Assembly: GCF_009834535.1 (NCBI RefSeq)
Contig: NC_045707.1
Span: forward strand, 62,250,001 to 62,314,000
DNA from: Camelus ferus
Taxonomy: Eukaryota
Length of the DNA stretch: 64,000 nucleotides
Reading direction: 5' to 3'
Shown: positions 23,976-35,510 of the stretch, in pieces
How positions within the stretch are numbered: position 1 is the first letter of the stretch
Layout: every line of letters starts with the position of its first letter
Notes under the pieces: model-generated
What the model was told of the DNA's origin: nothing
Seen by the model: the letters and a program-made list of their open reading frames with translations, nothing else
Databases searched by the model: none
Position numbers and translations under genes: made by a program

Positions 23976-26900
23976 TTTCTTTCCAACTTTGCTGAGGTAT
24001 AATTGAGAAATAAAATTATAAAACAAAGTGTACAATGTGATGATTATATATATATATGTACACACACACACACACATTATGTAAGTATTCCTCCCATCAA
24101 GTTAACACAAACATCACTTCACATATCTAATAGTTTTTCCTTTTGTTTTTGATTGGAAAATTTAAGTTCTATTTTCTTAGCAAATTTCTATCATACAATA
24201 CAGTGTTATCGACTGTAGTCAGCACGTTATACAATATTCTCAGAACTTAATCCGTTATAACTGAACGTTTGTTTCCTCTTACCAGCCTCTCCTTTTTCCC
24301 CCCATCTCCAGCACCTGGCAACCACCTTTTGCTCTCTGTTTCTGCAAGTTCAAGTTTTCTTTTAAATGATTCCAAATATATTTGATACCATGCAGTATTT
24401 GTGTCTCTCTGTCTGGGTCTTTTCACTTAGCATGGTGTCTTTGAGGTTCATCCATGTGTGCAAATGACAGGATTTCCTTCTCTTTAAAGGCTGTATAATA
24501 TTCCATTGTATATGTATACCATATTTTCTTTATCTTTTCATTCTCTGACAGACACATAGGTTGTTTCCATACCTTGGTTATTGTGAATAATACTGTGGTG
24601 AACATGAGAGAAAAGATACCTCTTTGAGATACTGATTTCACTTCCTTTGGATATTATCTAGTAGTCGGACTGCAGATCATATAGTAGTCTTATTTTTAAT
24701 TTCCTGAGGAACCTCCATTTTATTTTCCACAGCGCATACACTAGTTTATATTCCAGCCATCAGTGTACAAGCGTTCCCTTTTTTAAACATCCTGCCAGTA
24801 TTTTTTATCTCTTATCTTTTTGATAACAGACATCCTAACAAGTGTGAGGAGATATCTTATTGTGGTTTGTACCTGCTTTGCCTCGATGGGCTAGTGATGT
24901 TAGGCATCTATTTATGTATCTGTTGACCATCTTAATATCTTCTCTAGAAAAATGTCTCTTCAAGTCCTTTGTCCACTTTTTTTTTCTATTGAGTTGTATG
25001 AATCCCTTGTATATTTTGGATGTTAACCCCTTATCAGATATGTGGTTTGAAAATGTTTTCCCCCAATTTCACAGGTTGCCTTTTCATTTTGTTGATAGTC
25101 TCCTTTGCTGTGCAGACACTTTTTAGTTTGTTGTGGTCCCATTTGCTTATTCTTGCTTTTGCTGTCTTTTACTCTTGGTGTCTTAACCAAAATATCATTG
25201 CCAGACCAACGTCAAGGAACTAAACCCCTTTATTTTCTTCTAGCAATTTTACAGTTTCAGGTCTTATGTTCAAGTTTCTAAACTGTTTTGTATTGATTTT
25301 TGTGTATGGTGTAAGGAAGGGGTCAATATAGTTTGAAATCAATAAATGTAATACATCAGCTTCATTCTTTCTCAAGAGTGCTTTGGCTATTCAGGGGTCT
25401 TTTGTGGTCCCACAAAAATTTTAGGATTTTTTCTTCTATTTCTGTGAAAAAGTGCTATTGAAATTTTGATAGGTATTGCATTGGTATGGACCTTTTAACA
25501 ATATTAATTCTTCCAATGCATGAGCATGTAATATCTTTCCATTTATTTGTGTCATACATTTTTTTTCATCAGTGCTGTAGTGTACAGATGTTTTACCTCC
25601 TTGGATAGATTTATGTACTTAAGTACTTTATTCTCTTTGGTGCTATCATCATGGTATTGTTTTCTTAATACTCTTTCTGATAATTCATTCGTCAGTATAT
25701 AGAATAACAACTAATTTTTGTATACTGATTTTGTTTTCTGCAATGTTACTGAATTTTACTGAACTTGTTTACTATTTCTAATAGAGTTTTTGGTGAAGTC
25801 TTTAGGATTTTCTCTGTATAAGATCTTGTCATCTGCAAATAGAGACAATTTCACTTCCTTCTTTCTGATTTGGATATCTTCCATTTCATTTACTTGCCTA
25901 AAAGTTCTGGCTAGGACTTTGTACCACATTGAATTAAAGTGGCAAGAATGAGCCTTCTCACTTCATTCCCAATATCAGAATGAAAACTACCAGCTCTTCA
26001 CCACTGGGTATGACGTTAGCTGTAGGCTTTCTGTATATGTCCTTTATTTTGTGTTGAGGTATATTCTTCTATACCAAGTTAGTTAAGAGTTTTTATCATT
26101 AATGGATTTTGAATTGTGTCAAAGGCTTTTTCTGCATTTCTTGAGATGATCATATTATTTTTATCTTTCATTTTGTTAATGTCTGTATCACATTTATTGA
26201 CTTGCGGAGTTCGGACTATCCTTATATGTCTGGGATAAATCTAAATTCGTTGTGGTTTGTCATCTTTTAACTATGCTGTTGAATTCAGTTTGTTAGCATT
26301 TTGTTGAAGATTTTTGTATCTATGTTCATCAGAGCTATTGGCCTGTAATTTTCATTTCTTGAGGTGTCCTTGTTTGGCTTTGGTATTGGGGTGATGCTGG
26401 CCTTGTAAAATGAGTTTGGAAATATTCCCTTCTCTTCAATTTTTTTGAAGAGTTTGAAAAGGCTTGACATTAATACTTCTTTAAATGTTTGGTAGAATTC
26501 ACCAGCAGAGTTACCTAGTTCTAGACTTTTCTTTGTTGTGAGTTTTTCGATCACTTATTCTATTGCCTTGCTATTAACTGATCTGTACGGATTTTCTATT
26601 TCTTCATGATTCAGTTTTGTAGGTTGTATGTTCCTAGCAGTGTCTATATTTCTTCTAGTTCGTCCAATTTGTTGGTGTATAATTGTTCATTGTACTCTTT
26701 TACGATCTTTGTTGGTTTCTATGCATTAGATTAAACCGCCATCTCTCCCAGAATTGAGTGGTCTCATGTGGGACATGATTCTCTTCAATCAGCTCTACCT
26801 GAGTTTCTGGTTGTATCTCAGTCCTTTGTAATTGCTCAAGCTAACGTCTCTGTTCTTAGTGATTCCCAGTAGTTGAGGGTGTGCCAAGACCTGGCCTTGT

Positions 26901-27920
26901 TTCAAAGGGGATGATCACAGCCATCATCTAGATTCAGGTGGATTAGCAGCTAGGCCTTCAGGCAACAACTGGAAAAATATGCAGTTAAGCACCTTTCAGG
27001 GAGAACTGGGAGATGGGCTGTCTTGCCTGTTTCCTCTATTCTGGGCCTGGTGAACAGCCTGGGGAGGGAGAGGGGAAGGTTGCTTCTGCATTTGTTTTAA
27101 TATTGCTTCTTTGTTTGCTATAGCCCTGTGAGACTTGTGAATGTAAGCCCTGTGGGCTATTAGAGTCAGCAATCTGGGCCTGTCCCCACAGGCAGCAGCC
27201 ACAGAAAGCTGTGGTACTAAACCTGGGTACCAACACTTCCATGGAGATAATACGGACCTGGTTTTATTGTTGGAGTGGGACTGAGGGAGAAGGTGGAGAA
27301 GGTGTCTGCTGATCCCCCAGTTTCCAGGGAGATCACAGCCAGCCTCTAGATGTGTGCTAATATTAGAAGCTAGACCCTCAGGCTCATCAAGTATGCAGGT
27401 AAACCCACGCAAGGAAAGACGGGGAGATGGGTAGTTTTGCTGGCTTTCTCTGTGCTGAGCCCTTGAGGGACAGTGAAAGTGACTGCTCATATTCATAACC
27501 CTATTAAGAACTGCTTCTTTGTGTGCTACCATCTGGTGAGTCTCATGAATGCAAGCCTCACCTGCTTTCAGAGAGAGGTTATGGAGGGCTAGTCCCTCAG
27601 GTGGGAGCCTTAAAAGTTGGGATGCTAGAAATACGGTTCAAACTCTTTGCTCCGAGGGAGGAATGGAGAGTTTGAGGTTCCGCTCAGTTGCGCGGCACTT
27701 CACTTACTGGGGATGAAGTTTACAGCCAGAGGGTATCTCGGCCTTTGTTACCCATTTTGCTGTGGATATTTCCACACTTGCCTGATGTGTAGAGTCACTG
27801 AGTCTGTTTCTGAGTTACTTTCCAAGGGAAGTGCTCCATGACTAGCTGTCCTTCCAGTGAGTCCAGGGAAGGAGAGGCGTTCAGGAGCCTCGCGTGTCAC
27901 GAGGTTGGCTGGCTCCCCTC
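23976..27920 (-). mobile_element. L1 retaining both 5' UTR and 3' end, with large internal deletions (L1MA/L1M-type)
   Basis: 3' UTR about 23976-24420; ORF2 remnants (e.g. 26285-26554 'EFYQTFKE..FPNSFYKASITPIPKP..ENYRPIALMNIDTKIFNKML'); abrupt switch near 26712 to ORF1-start and 5' UTR sequence ending near 27920. Confidence 0.85.
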
Positions 27921-28285
27921 TTCCAGTGCTTAAAATACGTTTAATGACAGAGCCCCCTGCCCTCTCTTCTCTCCCCTGCCAGCCCCTCGCTCGTTTCCCC
28001 ACCCCCTCTGAACTCCTTCAGGTCTTTCCCTTCCCGCCTTCTCCCCTCTGTGTTTACACAACTTTCAAATCCCTTTGGAAAAAACTGATTGTTGCTTACT
28101 ATTCCCGTCTCATTCATCACTGGGTGGGTCCTGTGGACTACAACGGTGAGCCAGCACAACCACGTCAACTGACTCGGTAGGAGAGTCACTGGCGGATCAT
28201 CAGCACCATGAAAGGTATTAAGTGCGTTATGACGTATAAAATGTGTTACGAGATATCAAGTCTCTAAGCCTTGCGCAATCAGATT
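27630..28285. promoter_or_regulatory. Candidate CpG-retaining promoter
   Basis: 23 CpGs hand-counted in about 650 bp of an otherwise CpG-depleted window; clustered MYB, CRE-like, C/EBP and TATA motifs. Confidence 0.45.
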
Positions 28286-28454
28286 TTTTTCAGTCAATGG
28301 AAGATTTGGTATGGTTCTACACTTCTCTCTCTCTCTCTACACACACACAAACACACACACACATATGACATTTTTAAAACACATAACTAACACTGTGATT
28401 AACCTTGGGAACATTATCTAGCAGGTATAAGCTTTCTCCTCCACCAGTAGAAGA

Positions 28455-28848
28455 CAATTTATCTTTGTTGTTCATATTGGGTATTTTCTGTTATTCTGTC
28501 TTCAAGTTCATTGACTCTTTTCTCTGACTGCTCTCTTTTGCTGGTTAACCTATCCACTGAGTCACTCATTTTCATCATTATATTTTCCTGTTCCTCTTTA
28601 TAGTCTTTATTCTTTGTATTTTTTTGCTTCTTTTCTGGGATTTTGTTTGTTTCAAGCACGTTTGTAAAAGTTTATCAAAATCTTTTTTTAAATGGCTGCT
28701 TTTAAACATTTGTCAAATAATACTAAGACTTCTGCCACTCAGGCATTGGAGTCTGTCAACTGTCTTTTACATTCAAATTGTGGTTTTCCTGATTCTCAAT
28801 ATGATGAGTGACTTCTCTTACCCTTTCAGAGTCTCCTTCTGTTTGCTG
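28455..28848 (-). mobile_element. Old L1/HAL1 ORF1 coiled-coil remnant
   Basis: ORF 28459-28659 'DRLTSKREQSEKRVNELEDRITENTQYEQQR' resembles the L1 ORF1p heptad region. Confidence 0.7.
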
Positions 28849-28864
28849 TAATTCCATGGTTTTT

Positions 28865-29044
28865 ATTTTTATTTTTTTAAGAGGTATAGTCAGTTTACAA
28901 TGTTATGTCAATTTCTGGTGTACAACACAATGCTTCAGTCTTACATGAGTATACATATATTCATTTTCATATTCTTTTTCACTGTAACCTACTACAAGAC
29001 ATCAAATATAGTTCCCTTTGCTATACAGTATAAACTTGTTTATC
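28865..29044 (-). mobile_element. Young 180-bp 5'-truncated L1 3' end (camelid-type)
   Basis: Perfect 16-bp TSD taattccatggttttt (28849-28864 and 29045-29060); TTTT/AA endonuclease site; homologous to the 3' end at about 33360-33550. Confidence 0.92.
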
Positions 29045-32000
29045 TAATTCCATGGTTTTTAATTATACTTACAGGAAGAAAGGAAAATGTACAAGTGCTC
29101 TGTCTCCCTGGAAGTAGAAGTTGAATGGAATTCATGTTTAACTTATATTGTGTCTTTTAAGTTCAGCAACTGTTTTCAGTACTTTCACATGAGATAATAA
29201 TAAACTTCTGAATGGCAAAAAATTAAAGAAAGAAAGAAAATATGGAACTTCATTGGTCACTTTCTATTTTGTTATTAAACATTTTAGAGATCCAGTAAGC
29301 TCATTCCTATACTCACTTAAATGGTTAACTATAAAATGCAATAACTAACAATATTCTAAGAGTGTCATCTTCCATCTCTTCTGTTTATACAAATTCTATG
29401 CCTGCCTCTGTATATTTTCCAAATTGTAATTAAAAACTGACAATTTTATACAAAAAGTGCAATGTCAGGGTCAATCCATTTCCAAAATATTAAAGCTTTG
29501 TTTCTTTTAAATTTTAATAAATATAGATACAAGTTATAACATTTTTTTCAACAACCAAGAGACTCTGGTGTTCCCCACTGGGTGTGAACTCCTTCTTTAA
29601 AGACAGTTGTAATTTGGAAGAAGGGCAGGTAAAGTCCACATAAGGATAGAGTTAAATTAAAAAAAAAAACAAAACTGAGATGGGCGCTTTCATGATGGGA
29701 GAATGTTGTCAACCGTTTGGGGTGCTTAGACAGAAAGGGAGAGTTTTAGTGAGAGGCATTTTCAGTTTGCTCCACAGAACAAAGCAAACACAGTTCTGCT
29801 CCATCACCTGCCAGAAGCTGAGAAGAACAAAGAGTAATTTCACAGCTCTTTCTGATAAGGCAGTGGGTTAATTAAAGGTAATCAATCTAGTGGCAAATAA
29901 AAATGAATTGCCAAGATTGTTTCAACACAAGAGCTTTTCAGTAATGAACAGATCTTTTCAATTGAAGGAAATCTAGGAACCGCAGGAATCTGTCTGCTTG
30001 ATATTATGAGGTGGGAGGAATAACTGATCAGCTTACTGTCACCTTAAATGTATCATTTCAGTTACTCGTTCTGTTTTACATGGTTGGACAGTAGTTTCTT
30101 CATCTCTGAAATGATGGTCTCCCACAACATAAGTATCCTTGGTGTCTATTTCTTTTCTGTATGTAGATTCAAAGAAAGCTTTTGGATAAGCTCAGTACTA
30201 GAAATATTGAAATGCTTTTTATATTTTACCCAGGTAGCTTCCTTGGCCAATAAATTCTATAAAACGATTATGTGATTGTATTGGAACTGCCTGAATTTTA
30301 ATAACAATAGCATGAAATGTTTTGTTTATACAGCACCTTTCATTTCTGAGTCTCAGATGATTTAAATGTACCTCATGAGTCACCCAAGCATGCTTGGAGG
30401 TATATAGGTGGGCGTTTTCAGCATTATTATCGACAATTAAGGAATACCAAAGAGATCAGTCTTATCTTTCACAACATAAAGGAAGTGTAATTTTTTTTAC
30501 CTTCAGAAAGCTCATAATGTATAAGAGAGAAAGGCATTTAAATATAAGTATGCCTCTAAACGCACTGTCAAATATCAGTGGGATAATCATACAAAATGAA
30601 TTCGAGATTCACAGTGAAGAAACTACTCTCTTTAGAGTATATCAGATTTTCGTGAAAACAGCATCAGTGGTTTCAGGTCTCTAGGATATGATTAGGTGCA
30701 TCAGAACAGTAATTTAATTTATTATTGATGCAGGTACACTTCCCATTTTCCTATGGCTCTATATCTGAAAAGTTTGGAAGAAGTAAATTTTTATTAAAAA
30801 AAATGGAAAGATGTTGTTAGAATAATTCTTTGAAGGTTAAGTACAATTAGTCGTTAATCTGTGTGGCTAATTGTATTAAACATTCTAAATTTATTCAGAA
30901 GAGTTCTACATATTTGGAATTCTTGAAAGTAGAGCTACACCTATGCCTTAATAGCATGGGAGAAAATTTTAATTTTCTAAAATATCCTAAAAGGTTCTTA
31001 GTATTTTTTATACAGGGAAAATCTTCATTAGCAATACACTGCCATTAGTAACACTGGTAAGGAAATTTGCTTCCGAAATAAAATTAAAAATAACTAGAAA
31101 TTCCTTAGGACATGAAGTGAATATGTCTGGTTTGGATATGAAGTCTATTGTTCCTAAATTCAAATGTTATCTAAATTATTTATCTACCGTCGTCCACCCT
31201 TTTGTGCTTTGTAAAAATGCAGTTAAATATATTTTTTAAATGTTATCATAACACAGTAGGGGAATTTTCAGTTTCATTACAAAAGTGTTTTTTTTTTTTA
31301 AATCTGGTTTATTTAAATATATAGTGGACATAATTATCCCAATATACTTAAACTCTCCTGAGATTTGAGGATGATTCATTTATAATGCTTATAAAGTTAA
31401 TTGTTGATAAATAGTGCTTTGGAAATTTAATTTCAAAATGTTAAAAATTCAAAAATATGACTTTTTGGACTGTTGTTAGAAGTCTTCAAAACAGTGACAT
31501 GTGATATTAAACATTATTGAGAAGTATAAAGGTAGAAGCACTAATGTGTGGTTTTTTAATTATATAAAATTCTAAAGAGTCATTTATTACTTAAGTGCTT
31601 CAGAAAAGCCAAAGGATTTTTCAAAAGTAAAAACTATATTAAACATGACTGTACACTATAATTTTTCACTACAACATACAGTGGAATTTTCTCTGCAATT
31701 CTTAGCTTATAAAAGTTTAGCTTACAAAATATACTCTTCATAAAAATGGACTTGCCAGTTTTGAACCTATTTCCTGAGTATTTGTACCATAGCCATTGCT
31801 TTTTTGTGAAAGAAATGTTCATTTGTGTGTGTGTGCATATTAACAAATTAAGTCAGCAAGAATCACATTTTAAGACAGCGACTGTTAACGGAAGCATCTA
31901 TGGAAATACATTTGAATTTTCACTGGGAACAGCAAGGCACTCATGCTTTTTGCTTTTCCTCCTACAAAGTAGATAATCTATTGTTCATGTCGAGCTGATA

Positions 32001-33357
32001 GACACATTAAGAGCTGATAACACCTTCAGGAGTTCTGAAGGTGGTTAAAGACCTTCATTTACGTTTAGCACTGCATAACGTCTTTCAACCAGTAACTAAC
32101 TTTTTTCTCTTATAATCTACTTAATAGTAATAATAATGATAATGATAAAAGTAACCACATTTCCCTAATACACATATGTCCTTTGCTGATCAATTTTATG
32201 TCCATGTAACTGTACTAATACTTTTCACACAAAAGTAGATATCTAAATTGATGAGATAAAAATAAAGAAAAAATACAAGTTTTAATATTCTTCCCTGTAC
32301 CCTTGGACGTAGACACTGCACTTTGGATATCACTACTCCAAGGTACCAAAATATTCCTACGTCCAAGCCAAGAAGTCCCAAGTCACATTCCTGCCTCACG
32401 TTCTCCAAAAGGTACGTACCTATGGCTGCTGAAGTGTGACATTTGATGCGTATTTTCTCACACATATGCACACACATTTGCAAAGACACATACAAACAAA
32501 GATCTTATTAAAGGACTTGGAGTTGCCTTTGACCTATACCCTTGGCATTTTAGTGTGATAATGCAGTTTTTAATCACACCTGACATTCAGCGATGTGGTT
32601 CCAAGTACATATTTATTCTGTTGGGCCAATTACTATGTTCAACACGCAGTTATGGAGATAGGAGTTGAGCAGGGTCTCTCCCACTCTCTCTCTTTCTCCA
32701 CTGAATAGAAAAGGGAAAAAGATCTGGAGCTACTCAGGACAATCCGAGGATGAGAAGGAAACAAAGAAGGAGTAGGAAGGCCAAGTCTTAGAATTGGGAG
32801 CTTATGTTCACTTTAACTAGGTTTTCTAGAGGCAAGGGGCCGCTAGCTTACATAGAAATGAGGCTTTCAAATATGTAAAGAAGACAGAGGCAAAATATAA
32901 TTAAAACATAGGACTGCTAACATTTTCTCCTCTAAGGAACTCACATAGGCACAAGGGTGAGCATCAAAGTTGGCTGGGCATTTAATATTGTTCTGACCGA
33001 AAGCTGGCACAGGTGGAAGAGAGTCCAGATAGCTGACTCAGAGCATTTAATATCTGGGGGTGACTTTTGCCATGTAAGTGCTCTCCCATGTACTGTAAGA
33101 AGCTGTATAGTTTGAGAGCATAGTCATCATTTGTCTGATTCCACTTTGATTTATTCCAGATCCCCATCTAAAGAGCCCAACACTTCATACAAAAGCTATC
33201 ACATGTTAGAAAAAAATTCGAAAATCTAAAGGAATAGATTGTATCCTCTTCAATTACACAGTAGAATATAAAGAATGGCAGTCAATTTGGATCATGTTCT
33301 GGACTGGAAATTTTTATGAAATTCTAGTGATTTCAGGAGTTCACACACAATTTTTCT

Positions 33358-34145
33358 TTCTCTTTTTTTTTAACTTTTTTTTATTGAGTTATAGTCATTT
33401 TACAATGTTGTGTCAAATTCCAGTGTAGAGCACAATTTTTCAGTTATACATGAACATACATATATTCATTCTCACCTTTTTTTCTCTGTGAGCTACCACA
33501 AGACCCTGTATATATTTTCCTGTGTTATACTGTATAATATTGTTTATCTATTCTACATATGCCTGTTGGTATCTACAGATTTTGAACTCCTAGTCTATCC
33601 CTTCCCACCCCTCTCCCCTTGGCAACCACAAGTTTGTATTCTATGTCTATGAGTCTGTTTCTCTTTTGTATTTGTGTTTGTTTTTTTTTTTTTTAGATTC
33701 TACATATGAACCACCTCACATGGTATTTTTCTTTCTCTTTCTGGCTTACTTCACTTAGAATGACATTCTCCAGGAACGCCCATGTTGCTGCAAACGGCGT
33801 TACGTTGTCGTTTTTATGGCTGAATAGTATTCCATTGTATAAATATACCACCTCTTCTTTATCCAGTCATCTGTTGATGGACATTTAGGCTGTATCCATG
33901 TCTTGGCTATTGTAAATAGTGCTGCTATGAACATTGGGGTGCAGGTGTCATCCTGAAGTAGGGTTCCTTCTGGATATATGCCCAGGAGTGGGATTCCTGG
34001 GTCATATGGTAAGTCTATTCCTAGTCTTTTGAGGAATCTCCACACTGTTTTCCACAGTGGCTGCACCAAACTGCATTCCCACCAGCAGTGTAGGAGGGTT
34101 CCCCTTTCTCCACAGCCTCTCCAGCACTTGTCATTTGTCACATCG
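33358..34145 (-). mobile_element. Young 5'-truncated L1 (camelid-type): ORF2 C-terminus and 3' UTR
   Basis: Uninterrupted 113-aa ORF2 C-terminus (33800-34141, [18 protein letters not shown]...YTMEYYSAIK); poly-T tail on the plus strand; 9-bp TSD aatttttct (33349-33357 and 34146-34154). Confidence 0.95.
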
Positions 34146-34899
34146 AATTTTTCTAATCACTTAATATTTTATCTTTCTTTATTGATAATCCATTAGTTAC
34201 ATTCCTGAAATATATCAGAATTGACACCTTTGGAAACTAAGCCTAAGACATACTGGTCTTGTATTGTAAAAACCGCTAGATGCCACAGAGGAGAATTATC
34301 CAGCAAAAATGAGTTAGAAAGCTTAGATTACTTCTGTTTTGCGCATCCTTCTATTTAAACTGTAGGCAGTGAAAACCAGGTACCTTAAAAAATTTTAACA
34401 ACAAAGACAGTCACCAGGTGTCATAGATTAAATCTGAGATGGCACAACACCTTTTGCCCAATGCAAAAAGGCGACGTGATGTTGGGGAAACGAATTAGAC
34501 TTTGAGCGACACAGCTGGATAGTAACTAGGCATCTACCTCTAATTCTGTACGTTTAGAACAAGTTTAGGAAAGTTATTTAAGATATTAATCACTAGGAAG
34601 AAAACAAAAAAACAATCCAAGAAGCCATCAGCAGCACCAAACTAGACAGATGCCATGTAACTTATATCAAGTTCAACTCTGGCCTAAAGAAGCAGGTGTC
34701 GCATAACAGAAGGAGGTGAATTCAGGTCACAGGGTCATTAAACTCTATTAAGCAAAGTTAAATACTTAGTTCTAGAACTTTAGCCTTTGCTGATCCATAG
34801 GTCTCGGGGGGTAGTTTGTGGATGAAGAATTTGGCGGCTTGGTGGCTGCTTCACAAGGGCCTCCCATTTGTTAGTCAGAGGCAAAGGCAATTACTTCAC

Positions 34900-35140
34900 A
34901 TCTCAGGTAAAATCCCAGCTCCTTGTAGACACCCTGCCTGACCAGTCTAGTTGAGTGACTGCCACTCTGTGGTTCTAGCAACTATTGTCCCTGCCTCTCA
35001 TGGATGCTTGATTCTACAGTTCACTGCTGTCTCACCCTACTTTCCTTAGAAGTTTCAGGGATATAGGGCTGTTTCATATCTTGTGCCCTGAACAGTGATT
35101 AACTTTTGATGAGGTGTTCAACAAGTATTAATGAAAGGAA
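34900..35140 (+). mobile_element. L2 LINE 3' fragment
   Basis: 'agggatatagggctgtttcatatcttgtgccc...gtgttcaacaagtattaatgaaaggaa' resembles the L2 3' end. Confidence 0.45.
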
Positions 35141-35304
35141 CATATCAAATTATAGAGCATATGTAATTGCAAGTTTGCATGCTTTTTTGGTCATGCAGTG
35201 TGTCTCATTGAGAGAAAGGACAAAACGGCACAAGTTGAGAGAACATACATATCCCTTGGAGACTATTTTTAATGCTGACTTGTTTTTCACCTGTTCATTC
35301 TTGG

Positions 35305-35510
35305 CATAGTGGTTAAATGGCAGAACCACATCAGGTGACCACCCTTTGGAGCCAGACCTCCTGGATTCAAGTCTCAGATCTTCCATTGTTTCTCAGAGGT
35401 GGTAACCATCCCCAGCCTCATATGGTTGACATAAAGATTGAAAAACTGATTCTATCTAAAGCACTTAGTAAGCACAAGACAAGCACTCAATTAAACATTA
35501 GCTCTTATTA
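35305..35510 (+). mobile_element. MIR SINE (core partly deleted)
   Basis: 'gcatagtggttaa...ctttggagccagacctcctggattcaagtctcag...taaagcacttag...aagcactcaattaaacattagct'. Confidence 0.7.

Noticed and set aside
32021..32043. Hairpin CACCTTCAG-gagtt-CTGAAGGTG
   Set aside because: A 9-bp stem is too short for a pre-miRNA and is expected by chance.
34273..34286. CTCF-like CCGCTAGATGCCAC
   Set aside because: It mismatches the highly conserved GG core.
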